In this document: piece by piece, positions 27,791 to 37,630 of the stretch | Position numbering within the stretch: position 1 is the stretch's first letter | Layout of the letters: every line of letters starts with the position of its first letter | From: Clostridia bacterium | GTDB lineage: Bacteria; Bacillota; Clostridia; Christensenellales; CAG-138 | DNA: 64,000 nt | Reading direction: 5' to 3' | Assembly (NCBI GenBank): GCA_017395105.1 | Contig: JAFPWD010000004.1 | Span: 21,143 to 85,142 of the forward strand | The notes under the pieces: generated by a model | What the model was told of the DNA's origin: nothing | What the model saw: the letters and a program-made list of their open reading frames with translations, nothing else | The model's database searches: none | Position numbers and translations under genes: made by a program

Positions 27791-28117
27791 ATGGGATTTC
27801 GTGATTGGCTGAAGGCCAAAAAGAAAAAGCGCAGTCAGGAGCGCATGGAAAAGCTTCGGCAGGAGGAGCAGGCTGAGCGCAGCTTCGCTTTAACAGGCAG
27901 CGATTCGGGCTTTGCGGTTGACCCTGCGGATATTGATCCGCCAGAGACCCGCTTTACGGACGAGTACCGCGAGTTCCTCGAAAAGCAAGAGGCTGCGGCG
28001 GCGAAGGCCGAAAGGCTTGCGCAGGAGCGCTTGAGCGAGGAGCTCGAAGCCGATGCAGCAAAGGCGGCGGAGGAGGTTCACTGCGCCTGCGAGGAGTGCG
28101 CAACGGAGAACAACTGA
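27791..28117 (+). CDS. Hypothetical Glu/Ala-rich protein (108 aa)
   Basis: TAGGAGGT RBS before ATG 27791. Charged, low-complexity sequence with a C-terminal HCACEEC. Confidence 0.55.
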   Translation: MGFRDWLKAKKKKRSQERMEKLRQEEQAERSFALTGSDSGFAVDPADIDPPETRFTDEYREFLEKQEAAAAKAERLAQERLSEELEADAAKAAEEVHCACEECATENN

Positions 28118-28195
28118 AATATCGGAGCTGTGCGGAACTGGTTCGCGCAAACCGTTTGCAGCATCAATAGATTAAATGGGAGCGGATTTCCGCTC

Positions 28196-29584
28196 TCATT
28201 TAACTATATTTATAAGCCATTTATCGCTCTTAACGAAGAAGTAACCGAGTGCGCATTTTATAAGCTCTGTCGAGGTAACGATGATATAGAGCGGAATAAT
28301 GGACATCTGCGTGAATTTGCTCAGCACGTATGCAAGCGGGATGCAGATCAGCCAAACGAAACAACTGTCGAAAAGCATGGTGATCTTAGTCTGCCCGCCC
28401 GAGCGCAGCGTGAAATAGCAGGCATGGGTGAAGGCCATAGATGGCATGAACGCGGCCGAGATCCTGAGGAACCTCGATGCGAGCGCGCGCACCTCGTCCG
28501 TGGTGTTGTAAAGCCTCGGAATGAAAGGCGAAGCGACAGCAAGCAGGATGCCGAAGAAAAAGCAGGAAAAAACGCTCAGCGCGATTATCTTTCGGTCGGT
28601 ATCGCGCGCCTCGTCGAGCTTGTTTGCGCCGAGCAGATTGCCAACTATTATGCCGATGGATGAACCGATGGACATAAAAACGATGTTGAAAAGGTTGGAT
28701 ACCGTGCTCGAAATGTTCATCCCCGCGACCACAGCCAGGCCGCGAGTGGAATAACGCTGCTGAAGCGTGGTCATGCCGAGCGACCACAAGGTTTCGTTTA
28801 TGAGAAGGGGCATCCCCTTGAGGATGATATCCCGAGCAAGCTTCCGCGGCAGGCGCATGGAGCGGTAGAGCCCAGAGAAGAAGGCAAAGCGCAATGTATG
28901 CCTGTGCGCCCAAGAAACGATGATCGTAAGCTCCACAAAGCGTGAAACGACAGTTGCTATAGCCGCGCCGCGAACGCCGAGGGCGGGGAAGCCGAGCTTT
29001 CCGAATATCAGCAAAAAGTTTAAAAAAAGGTTCAGCGCTACCGCCGTTCCGCTCGCGATCATGGGAACGAAGGTTTCCTTCGCTTCGCGCAGTGATGAGG
29101 CATAGCACTGCGCGATCGAGTGCGGAAAAAGTCCGATAAGCATTATAAATAGATATTGCCTGCCGAATTCAAGCGTTGCGGCAAGATCGCCCTCCGAACT
29201 GCCTTGGTGAAGGAAAAGCCCGAGCAGGGGCTTTGCGAAGAAGCCGAGCACTATGAGCGATACCGCGGAAACGACGGCGCAGGTCCAAAGCTTGAAGCGC
29301 AAAACGTGCCTCATACCGTCCGTATCGCCCTTTCCTGCGTACTGCGCGCCGAAGATGCCGGCGCCCGAAAGTCCGCCGAAAATGGTCAGGTTGAAAACAA
29401 AGATAAGCTGATTTGCTATTGCAACGCCGCTCATCTGCTCCGTGCCGAGCCTGCCCACCATTATATTGTCAAGAACCGTAACAAACTGAGTGATGCCGTT
29501 CTGAATCACGATCGGTACCACTATTGCGAGCACTGCCCGATAGAAAGCGCGGGTGCCTATAAGTTTTCTTAAAGCCTTGGTCAA
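28196..29584 (-). CDS. MATE-family multidrug/sodium efflux transporter
   Basis: 462 aa with about 12 TM segments. The typical MATE N-terminus is present (AIVVPIVIQNGITQFVTVLDNIMVGRLG). Confidence 0.88.
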   Translation of the reverse strand: MTKALRKLIGTRAFYRAVLAIVVPIVIQNGITQFVTVLDNIMVGRLGTEQMSGVAIANQLIFVFNLTIFGGLSGAGIFGAQYAGKGDTDGMRHVLRFKLWTCAVVSAVSLIVLGFFAKPLLGLFLHQGSSEGDLAATLEFGRQYLFIMLIGLFPHSIAQCYASSLREAKETFVPMIASGTAVALNLFLNFLLIFGKLGFPALGVRGAAIATVVSRFVELTIIVSWAHRHTLRFAFFSGLYRSMRLPRKLARDIILKGMPLLINETLWSLGMTTLQQRYSTRGLAVVAGMNISSTVSNLFNIVFMSIGSSIGIIVGNLLGANKLDEARDTDRKIIALSVFSCFFFGILLAVASPFIPRLYNTTDEVRALASRFLRISAAFMPSMAFTHACYFTLRSGGQTKITMLFDSCFVWLICIPLAYVLSKFTQMSIIPLYIIVTSTELIKCALGYFFVKSDKWLINIVK

Positions 29585-29873
29585 TGAAAACTCCCTGTGA
29601 AAACGCGAATAACGCTTTAATTATACCGATAGCATAACATATCGCCGCGCTTATTGGAAGAAGATTCGAGCGAAATGATGAAATATAATCAAATCAACCG
29701 ATGCTGTTTGATCCTCCGCAAGCTCGCTCATGACTTCGGCGATCGCAAAGCATTTTAAGTTTTTTTTGAAAAACTGTATACAACGGAAGAAAAATGTGAT
29801 AACATATACATATCGTTCTATCCGCACCGCAAAGCTCTGCGGCAAGGCGATAAGTTTGTCTACGAAAGGAAGC

Positions 29874-30413
29874 ATGGCTATGAAATGCCCGAATTGCGGA
29901 AATCCTATTGAGGGAAACTCTCTGTTCTGCACCAATTGCGGAGGCAGACTCGACAATATCGACACAGCGCCGTCCAATGAAGGAGGCTTAGCCGAAAGTG
30001 ATGCAGCCGATATTGCGCTCGAGCACGCAGTGCCCCCAGCGCCCGCCGCATCAACCTATGTAAACACGGCTGCGCTCGCGAAGAAGCCGCAGCGTGTTGA
30101 GCCGACCGCTCCCGTGCAGAAGAGAAAAAAGAAAAGGGATACGGCTCCGTGCAGACCGCTTTCAACATGGGGCTTTACATGGAGAACGCTTCTGTTTTGC
30201 ATCCCTGTCGTGAACCTCATCTTCCTCTTCGTTTTTGCGTTTGCGGACGGAATAAATGAAAACAGCCGCTCCTATGCAAGAAGCTGGCTCATCCTGCTCC
30301 TTGTTGGAGTTATACTCTTTGTGATCGGTGCCGTACTCTGCTATATCTTCAGAGACAGCATAACCGACTGGTTCGTGCGCTTCTCGGAAAACCTCAGAAG
30401 CCTCGCGCAATAA
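29874..30413 (+). CDS. Zinc-ribbon membrane protein (hypothetical)
   Basis: MAMKCPNCGNPIEGNSLFCTNCGG zinc ribbon, a linker, then two C-terminal TM helices. GAAAGGAAG RBS. Confidence 0.65.
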   Translation: MAMKCPNCGNPIEGNSLFCTNCGGRLDNIDTAPSNEGGLAESDAADIALEHAVPPAPAASTYVNTAALAKKPQRVEPTAPVQKRKKKRDTAPCRPLSTWGFTWRTLLFCIPVVNLIFLFVFAFADGINENSRSYARSWLILLLVGVILFVIGAVLCYIFRDSITDWFVRFSENLRSLAQ

Positions 30414-30432
30414 CGAAATACTGCCCTTTTTT

Positions 30433-30463
30433 CGCGCCCGCGTACTGCGGGCGCGTTTCTTTG
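30433..30463 (+). terminator. Rho-independent terminator
   Basis: CGCGCCCGC-GTACT-GCGGGCGCG followed by TTTCTTT. Confidence 0.8.
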
Positions 30464-30581
30464 CATAAACCATATCGCCGAGTCAAAATGCGGGATTGAC
30501 AGAGCGGCGCAAAAATAGTATCATGATAAACAGCGGCGTATGCGTTCATGATCTGCCGCAATACCGATTGGAGTTATTAAA

Positions 30582-31463
30582 ATGCATCCGTTCATACATG
30601 TTTTCGGCCTAAAGATCCCGAGCTACGGTCTTATGATGGCGATCGCCTTCATAACGGCTATCCTGATCAGCTATATAAGGGCCAAAAAGGCGGGGAAGAA
30701 TCCCGACACAATACTCGATCTTGCGATCGCCGCAATAATACTCGGCCTTGGCAGTGCTTACCTGCTCTATATCTTCGTTACCTATCCATTGAGCGAGATC
30801 TGGAACAGCATAAAGAGCGGAAGCTTTGCCGTGTTCAAGGACGGCGGTCTCGTGTTCTACGGCGGAGTTATCGGCGGCGCGCTTGCGGTCATCGGCTACC
30901 TCAAGCTCATCAAAAAGGAGCGCGTTTGGGATTATGCCGCAATAATCGTGCCAACCATCCCGCTCGCCCATGCGCTCGGCAGGGTGGGATGCTTCCTCGC
31001 CGGATGCTGCTATGGCAAATGCGTTGAAACGCCCATCTCCGTTATCTATGAAAATCCGATCGGCGGCGCACCGGTGGGCGTTCCCGTTTTCCCGATACAG
31101 CTCGTTGAAGCCACTTGCAATATCGTGGTTTTCGTGATCCTCATGCTCTACGTTGGCAAAAAGCTGAAGCGGGGCAGCGTTCTGTTTCTCTATATGATAC
31201 TGTACGGCATCGAACGCTTCGTGCTCGAGTATTTCCGCTACGACGAGATACGCGGCATCTTCCTCAGCCTATCCACCTCGCAGTGGATAAGCATTGCCAT
31301 GGTGATAATAGGCGTTATCGGCATGGCCTTGACGTATAAAAAAGAAAGCCTCTCTTTAAAGATGCAGAGCATCGAAGGCTGTGATGCAGCTGAGGAAGCG
31401 GACGGCGTAAACGAAACCGAAGCCGATGCACCCGAAGCAGCCGAAGATGATGCGAACGAATGA
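30582..31463 (+). CDS. lgt: Prolipoprotein diacylglyceryl transferase
   Basis: Polytopic protein with the Lgt signature GRVGCFLAGCCYGK and FPIQLVEA; acidic C-terminal tail. Confidence 0.9.
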   Translation: MHPFIHVFGLKIPSYGLMMAIAFITAILISYIRAKKAGKNPDTILDLAIAAIILGLGSAYLLYIFVTYPLSEIWNSIKSGSFAVFKDGGLVFYGGVIGGALAVIGYLKLIKKERVWDYAAIIVPTIPLAHALGRVGCFLAGCCYGKCVETPISVIYENPIGGAPVGVPVFPIQLVEATCNIVVFVILMLYVGKKLKRGSVLFLYMILYGIERFVLEYFRYDEIRGIFLSLSTSQWISIAMVIIGVIGMALTYKKESLSLKMQSIEGCDAAEEADGVNETEADAPEAAEDDANE

Positions 31464-31479
31464 TCCTGCTGTTTGAATA

Positions 31480-31527
31480 AAAAATGCGCCGCGCCCATGA
31501 AAGCAGGGGAGCGGCGCTCGCTTTATG
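31480..31527. terminator. Bidirectional terminator between lgt and rmuC
   Basis: GCGCCGCGCCC ... GGGGAGCGGCGC hairpin, A-run upstream and T-rich downstream. Confidence 0.6.
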
Positions 31528-31553
31528 TATCAAAAGTGGACAGATTGGCTGCC

Positions 31554-32969
31554 TCAGTCCTCCTCGCCTGAGCCGAGCGCATACGAGCCAATGGGATTGA
31601 TGCCGAGTATCTCCTGCGGCTGCTCGCCGTCGCCGGGAAGCTCCTCGACCTTGTTCAGCGCGCGAAGTATCTGCTTGGTGCGCACTCCAACGAGCTTATC
31701 AAGATCGGCGTTCGCCTTATCGAGCGCCTTTTTTGTGCTTGCGAGCACGTCGTCGAAGGTTTTGAATTCCTTTTTGATACGCGCAAGGATATCCCAAACC
31801 TCGCTCGAGCGCTTCTGTATCGCAAGCGTTCTGAAGCCCATCTGGAGGCTGTTCAAAAGCGCAGCCATGGTAGAAGGGCCCGCAAGGTTTATCCTATACT
31901 TGGCCTGAAGCTGCTCGATAAGCCCCATGCGAACGGCCTCCGCGTAAAGCCCTTCAGTGGGAAGAAACATAATGGCGAAATTCGTGGTGCGCGGCGGGTT
32001 TATGTATTTGTCGTGGATATCCCTGCCGAATTTCAAAACGGAATCCCGAAGCAGCTTCTTTGCGGCTTCTATAGCCGCCGGATCGCCGGAATCGTAGGCA
32101 TCGCAAAGCTTAACGTAGATATCCGAAGGGAACTTGCTGTCTATTGGAAGATAAACGGGCGAAGCGCCGTCGTTTGGGAGCTTTATAGCGAACTCAACGC
32201 GCTCGTTGCCGCCCTTTCCGGCATCGAAATTGCGCTCGAACTGCTCGGGAGCAAGCACCTCGTCGAGTATTGCGCCAAGCTGTATCTCGCCAAGAGTGCC
32301 GCGCGTCTTAACGTTTGACAGCACCTTTTTCAGATCGCCCACGCCGCTTGCAAGCGCCTGCATCTCGCCAAGCCCCTTGTAAACCTCCGTAAGCCGCTCC
32401 TCAACGCGCTTGAAGCTTTCGCCGAGCCGCTCGTTCAGTGTTTGCTGAAGCTTTTCGTTCACAACGCCGCGAATAGAATCGAGCTGAGCTTCGTTTGTCT
32501 CGCGCATCGATTTGAGTGCAATTTCGATAGAGCGAAGCTGCTCGGTGCAGGAGGTCTCGAAGCTCTTGAAGCGCTGTTCTGCCTTCGTATTCTCGGCAAG
32601 CATCTGAGTGCTCATTCCGTCCAGCTTCTCGCCAACGCTTTTGTTCATGCTCTCCTGCTTATAGGTCAGCCCGTCGTTCAGTGCATCCGAGCTCTGCTCC
32701 ATCAGCTTCGAGAGCGAATCCATGCGCATGGATATGCTTTCGCCAAGAGTGGAGCGCAGCTCGTGCATGTCCCTCGCGCTTTCTCCGGTTGAGGCATCAA
32801 GCTTGATGGAGAGGCGCTTTTCCACTCCATCCACGGCTGAATAGAGCTTATCGAGGGAGCCCTCGCCCGCATGCGATTTCTTGAACAGAAGATAGATCAA
32901 CAGCACGGTTGAAACGGCGAAGGAAAACAGCGCAAGCACGAGCAGGATTATGAACTGATACTTTTCCAT
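31554..32969 (-). CDS. rmuC: DNA recombination protein RmuC
   Basis: N-terminal TM, long coiled-coil, and a C-terminal RmuC nuclease-like region (FAIMFLPTEGLYAEA). Confidence 0.85.
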   Translation of the reverse strand: MEKYQFIILLVLALFSFAVSTVLLIYLLFKKSHAGEGSLDKLYSAVDGVEKRLSIKLDASTGESARDMHELRSTLGESISMRMDSLSKLMEQSSDALNDGLTYKQESMNKSVGEKLDGMSTQMLAENTKAEQRFKSFETSCTEQLRSIEIALKSMRETNEAQLDSIRGVVNEKLQQTLNERLGESFKRVEERLTEVYKGLGEMQALASGVGDLKKVLSNVKTRGTLGEIQLGAILDEVLAPEQFERNFDAGKGGNERVEFAIKLPNDGASPVYLPIDSKFPSDIYVKLCDAYDSGDPAAIEAAKKLLRDSVLKFGRDIHDKYINPPRTTNFAIMFLPTEGLYAEAVRMGLIEQLQAKYRINLAGPSTMAALLNSLQMGFRTLAIQKRSSEVWDILARIKKEFKTFDDVLASTKKALDKANADLDKLVGVRTKQILRALNKVEELPGDGEQPQEILGINPIGSYALGSGEED

Positions 32970-33110
32970 GCGGCACCTCCAAATAATAAGAATGATTTTG
33001 ATATTAGAAAAAAGCCGCGTTAAGCGGCAAAAGTGCTTGCAGGCAGCGCAGCACCGGGAAGCTCGGCATTACGACTGCGCAAATTAGGGAGCCGATCCCC
33101 TTGAAGGGGA

Positions 33111-34955
33111 TCAGCCGTTATTACTGTTATTCTTGCGGCGATACAGATAATATTCAAGCGCAGCAAGCAGAACGATCGCGATCAGCGCAATGATGAAGAT
33201 AATGCGAAGCACCTTCCAAATATTCATAAGCTGCTGACCCTTCTCGCTTATCTGACGGTCGAGGTTGAGATCCACGATCGTGGTGCCGGAATTGCCGCCG
33301 GGCTCGGGGGTAGCATTCGGAATGGAAGAGGTAACGTCGATTCGCTGAGCGTTGATATGCGCATCGAAGGTGTGCTCGTTGCCGGAGGGATCGAACGCGG
33401 TCAGAATAAACACAAGCTCGCGCGGCTCGTCGATAGTAAGGTCTATATTGAAGGAAACGGGCTCGGTCGAAGCGGCAAGTCCGTGGATCTCGTGAAGCGT
33501 GTAGCCAAGCTGCTCTTCACTAAGCACGATATCGGAATATGCAAGCCTGCCGGTGTTTTCAACGGTGAAGGTCAGCCCGATATTGTTGTCGGCATCGAGC
33601 TGCTTTCTAACCTCGGCACGGAACTTGAGTCCAAGAAGCGCGGGGTTGATATACGGGCGGACTGTATAGCTCGTGGTGTTGTCGGCAAACTCCTTGCCCT
33701 CGTCGTAAGTGCCGTTGATGTAGAACACGACGTTGCGAACGCCATCGGGATCGGGAACAAAATGCTCTATGATCCTGCTTTCGCCGATAGCAAGACTGAA
33801 GCCCGAAGCGAGCACGCTGCCAAGATCGTCCTTAACAACAAGACCGCTGAGGTTCTGGCTGCCGTTGTTGGTCAAAAACAGCGTGAAGGAAACGCCCTCG
33901 GGAGTTGCTGCGCCAACGTTGACGCTCTTTGTTATCTGAGCGTTGATAAGACCAATGGTCATCTTGGAGACCGTTACGGAAAGAACATTCGAGCTGCCCT
34001 CGGGAGTAAAGGTGGCGGTGGGCTTTGAAACAACGCTCGCGCCCCTCATTTTATAGATGAATTTAATCTCTCTGTGTTCACCGGAGCCAAGGGAGAAGGG
34101 CTCGGCGATCGCTGCGTTGCCGATGATCTTGTCGTCTGTCAAACGGATATTGGTGAGCCTTCTTGAGCCGGTATTCACGAAGGAATAGGTGAATTCAACC
34201 TCCTCATCCGCAGCGGCGTTCGAAACGCTCGCTGTTCTCGAAAGCCTGAGATACGCGGTGTCGGAGCGCTGGATAACAACCGAAAGCTCCTGAGAATAGG
34301 TCTGGTTGATCGCGGTGTCGTACCATGAGATGTTGAAGGTGAGCTTCTGTCCGATCATGGATTCGTACACCATCATCTGGGAAGTGAAAACGCCCGTGGT
34401 GCCGGGATTAACGTCGCTCGTGTTGAACACGGCGCCGTAGGGATTGGAGATCGAAACATGCGTAAAACGCCCTGCCTGGGGAACGGCGGTAGGACCCGAG
34501 GTCACGATGGGATCCGATGTTACGTGCGGAGTTTCGGTCGGCACGATGGGCTCCGGTGTCGGAACGGGAGGCTCGGTTTCGGAAGGCACCGACGTAATGG
34601 GAGGACGAGTGCTGATGGGGAAGGGGAAAGACGCGCTCAGCATACGAACGCCGGTTCCGCCGATGCTGTTCATGCCGATGGAGCTGTTGCTGTTGCGAAG
34701 CTTGATGGTAATAGTAACGTTTCTGGGACCGGTGATGCGCGAAGGATCGGATTCGATGCTCGCAGAGCCGGAAGTTGATGCCGTTTGCAGAGAAACGGCC
34801 GAAGAGACGGAAACAAGGCTCTCACCGGAGCCTTCATCAATAATGAACGGCATGGAACCCTCGCCGACCGCCAAAGCCGAAGCAAGGGCAGGAACGGCGG
34901 CCATCATAAGCACCAATACGGCGGCAATTACGGATGTCAGTCTTCTCAGTTTCAA
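33111..34955 (-). CDS. Large exported surface protein with Pro/Thr linker, repeated Ig-like modules and C-terminal TM anchor (614 aa)
   Basis: Signal peptide (AAVLVLMMAAVPALASA) and a P/T/E-rich linker. Several ~100-aa modules have recurring patterns (EFTYSFVNTGSRRLTNIRLTDD; SFTLFLTNNGSQNLSGLVVKDD; GLTFTVENTGRLAYSDIVLSEE). The C-terminus is hydrophobic with a basic tail. Confidence 0.7.
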   Translation of the reverse strand: MKLRRLTSVIAAVLVLMMAAVPALASALAVGEGSMPFIIDEGSGESLVSVSSAVSLQTASTSGSASIESDPSRITGPRNVTITIKLRNSNSSIGMNSIGGTGVRMLSASFPFPISTRPPITSVPSETEPPVPTPEPIVPTETPHVTSDPIVTSGPTAVPQAGRFTHVSISNPYGAVFNTSDVNPGTTGVFTSQMMVYESMIGQKLTFNISWYDTAINQTYSQELSVVIQRSDTAYLRLSRTASVSNAAADEEVEFTYSFVNTGSRRLTNIRLTDDKIIGNAAIAEPFSLGSGEHREIKFIYKMRGASVVSKPTATFTPEGSSNVLSVTVSKMTIGLINAQITKSVNVGAATPEGVSFTLFLTNNGSQNLSGLVVKDDLGSVLASGFSLAIGESRIIEHFVPDPDGVRNVVFYINGTYDEGKEFADNTTSYTVRPYINPALLGLKFRAEVRKQLDADNNIGLTFTVENTGRLAYSDIVLSEEQLGYTLHEIHGLAASTEPVSFNIDLTIDEPRELVFILTAFDPSGNEHTFDAHINAQRIDVTSSIPNATPEPGGNSGTTIVDLNLDRQISEKGQQLMNIWKVLRIIFIIALIAIVLLAALEYYLYRRKNNSNNG

Positions 34956-35262
34956 TCTAATGCACTCCTTTTTTTCGATTCGCCTGATCGCGCAGTATAG
35001 TCCAATGCAAAGCCGAGGATATGATCCGTTAAATCAAACGGCCTGCATTTATCACAATCATATCCACTCTGCATTATACACCATAATTATCCGTTGAGCA
35101 AGCGTTTTGAGCGGCTCGGATAATATTTTTCGTTAAAGCACCATCCGTCCATACCTCGATTCGCCGATGCATAGATAGATTCTCCCTCGGAATAAGCTGC
35201 AAAGATAACATGCGCAGGAAAGTGAAAAAGTGACTGCGAAGCAATTTCTAATATTCAAACCA

Positions 35263-35304
35263 ATGAAAAGCAGCCCGTTCCGAGAGAACTGCGGAAAGGG
35301 CTGC
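35263..35304 (-). terminator. Rho-independent terminator after tkt
   Basis: The minus strand reads GCAGCCCTTTCCGC ... CGGAACGGGCTGC, followed by TTTTC. Confidence 0.7.
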
Positions 35305-35321
35305 GCTGTTAAGCCTTTTGA

Positions 35322-37313
35322 TTATTTCTCTGTTTTTTCAATGCTGCGGCGAACTGCATTTGCCACGTTTTCGGGGGTAAAGCCGAAATGCGTGTAAACG
35401 AGCGAACCGGGTGCGGATGCGCCGAAGCCGTTCATCGAAACGATCTCGCCGTCAAGACCCGTGTAGCGGTGCCAGTAATTGCCGCCGAGCGCCTCAACAG
35501 CGACCCTTGCGCGAAGGGCGGAGGGGATAACGCTCTCACGGTACTCGTTGCTCTGCTTTTCAAACAGCTCGCAGCAGGGCATGGATACCACGCGAACGCT
35601 CTTTCCTTCGGTTTCAAGCAGCTTCTGAGCCTCGATGGAAAGGGATACCTCGGAGCCGGTAGCAATGATAACGGCATCGAGCGATGAGGGGTTCTTGCCC
35701 TCGCTGATGATATATCCACCCTTGAGCGCCTCTCTGCCGCTGCCTGCAAGGCGGGGCAGATTCTGGCGGGAAAGCGCCAGCACTGCGGGAGCATCAAGCT
35801 GCATCGCGGCAAGATAGCAGGCAGCCGTCTCCTTGCCGTCCGCCGGTCTGAAAACGAAGGTGTTCGGCGTTGCGCGGAACATTTCGAGCTGCTCGATGGG
35901 CTGATGCGTGGGGCCGTCCTCGCCAACGCAGATGCTGTCGTGTGTCATAATGTAAATAACGTTCAGCCCCATGAGTGCGCTGAGCCTTGCCGCGGGCTTG
36001 AGATAATCCGCAAACACGAGGAAGCCCGCACAGTAGGGGCGAATGCCGCCATAGAGCGCGATGCCGTTTGAAATGGCCGCCATCGCAAACTCGCGGATGC
36101 CGTAATGAACGTTTCTGCCATCGGGGGTCTCGGGACAGAAGTAGGGAATATCCTTGAGCTCGCTCATATTGGTGGGCGCAAGATCCGCGCTGCCGCCAAA
36201 AAGATTTTCAATGCGCTCGGCAAGCCTGTTGAGAACGGTGCCGGAGCATACGCGCGTGGCAATGGGCTTGTCCTCAAACTCGAAGAGCGATTCATCGCTC
36301 ATAACTGCTTCGGGAAGCTTGCCGCCGAGCCAATCTGCGAGCTTGGCGCAAAGCTCGGGGTGCGATGCATGGTAGGCCTCGAGCATAGCATCATATTCGC
36401 GAACAGCCTTATCGTTTTCACTCATGAGCTCAGAGATATGCGCCTTGACCTCGCTCGGCACTTCAAACGGAGCGTACTCCCAATCGAGGCTCTTTTTCCA
36501 ATCGGCTATAACGTCGTCGCCAAGCGGCGCACCGTGGCTCGATGCGGAGCCCTGCTTTGCAGTGCCCTGAGCGATATTGGTGTGAACTATGATGAGCGAG
36601 GGATGCGCTTCATCCTGCTTTGCCTCGGCTATAGCGGCGCGGATAGCGTCGATATCCTCGCCGTCGGCAACGTTTAGCACCTGCCAGCCGTAGGCGGTGA
36701 AGCGCGCGCTGACATCCTCGGTGAAGGTGGTGTCGGTGCTGCCCTCGATGGTTATTTTATTGCAGTCGTATATCGCGATAAGCTTGCCGAGCTTCATCGT
36801 GCCCGCAAAGGATGCCGCTTCCGAAGCAACGCCCTCCATCATGCAGCCGTCGCCGGTGAGGGTGAAGGTGTGGTTGTTGAAAACGGGATAGCCCGCGCGA
36901 TTGAACACGGCGGCAAGATGTTTTTCGGCGGCGGCCATGCCAACGGCCATTGCAAAGCCCTGACCGAGCGGGCCGGTGGTTGCCTCAACGCCGGGAGTGT
37001 GACCGAATTCGGGATGACCGGCGGTCTTGCTCGCAAACTGACGGAAGGACTTGATATCGTCGATCGAAACGTCGTAGCCGAAAAGATGCAGAAGCGCATA
37101 GTTGAGCATGGAGGCATGACCCGCGCTGAGGATGAAGCGGTCGCGGCCGAGCCAGTCTGCCTGAGCGGGCTTCTTTTTAAGCTGCTCGAAGATCGCAAGC
37201 GCGATGGGAGCAGAGCCGATAGCCATTCCGGGGTGGCCGCTCTTGGCCTTCTGGATGGCATCCGAACATAGGGTTCGGATGGTGTTTACGGTAAGCTTGT
37301 CGATATGTTTCAT
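35322..37313 (-). CDS. tkt: Transketolase
   Basis: [21 protein letters not shown] (ThDP motif) and a full-length three-domain layout. ATG 37313 follows GGAG; the track ORF extends spuriously to 37418. Confidence 0.95.
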   Translation of the reverse strand: MKHIDKLTVNTIRTLCSDAIQKAKSGHPGMAIGSAPIALAIFEQLKKKPAQADWLGRDRFILSAGHASMLNYALLHLFGYDVSIDDIKSFRQFASKTAGHPEFGHTPGVEATTGPLGQGFAMAVGMAAAEKHLAAVFNRAGYPVFNNHTFTLTGDGCMMEGVASEAASFAGTMKLGKLIAIYDCNKITIEGSTDTTFTEDVSARFTAYGWQVLNVADGEDIDAIRAAIAEAKQDEAHPSLIIVHTNIAQGTAKQGSASSHGAPLGDDVIADWKKSLDWEYAPFEVPSEVKAHISELMSENDKAVREYDAMLEAYHASHPELCAKLADWLGGKLPEAVMSDESLFEFEDKPIATRVCSGTVLNRLAERIENLFGGSADLAPTNMSELKDIPYFCPETPDGRNVHYGIREFAMAAISNGIALYGGIRPYCAGFLVFADYLKPAARLSALMGLNVIYIMTHDSICVGEDGPTHQPIEQLEMFRATPNTFVFRPADGKETAACYLAAMQLDAPAVLALSRQNLPRLAGSGREALKGGYIISEGKNPSSLDAVIIATGSEVSLSIEAQKLLETEGKSVRVVSMPCCELFEKQSNEYRESVIPSALRARVAVEALGGNYWHRYTGLDGEIVSMNGFGASAPGSLVYTHFGFTPENVANAVRRSIEKTEK

Positions 37314-37630
37314 GGTAACTCCAAGGGGCGAATTTTGCGCAAACGTGCATGCCCATAATATAACAGCATAATTATACCGCCGAAAACCGAATAAAACAAG
37401 GCAAAATCGATACGGCAAAAATTATATTGCACGGAAATACCCGCTGAAAGTGTTTGCAATGAATATCGAAAGCAGGGTTGGTATCGCCGCTGTAATAAAT
37501 TGCTGTTCAGCAGTGGATCGAAGGCAAAAGCTTCGCTGACTGAAATCGGTTCTTACTTCTAAAGAATACGGATTTATTTAAAAATTACTAAGTAATAATA
37601 TGAAAAAAGGATATGCATCCGATGCTTCGA

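Noticed and set aside
34444-35097. Gly/Val/Thr-rich plus-strand ORFs (34444..35097; also 52895..53167)
   Set aside because: They are antisense translations of the Pro/Thr-rich linkers of the surface protein and the stalked pilin. The apparent DNA repetitiveness is coding low complexity, not a repeat element or CRISPR.
37314-37418. Over-extended 5' ends of track ORFs for tkt, and similarly for yicC, rpsU, cobB, serC, the sortase, trpS, the amidohydrolase and the PP2C gene
   Set aside because: In each case an internal ATG with a good SD coincides with the conserved family N-terminus.
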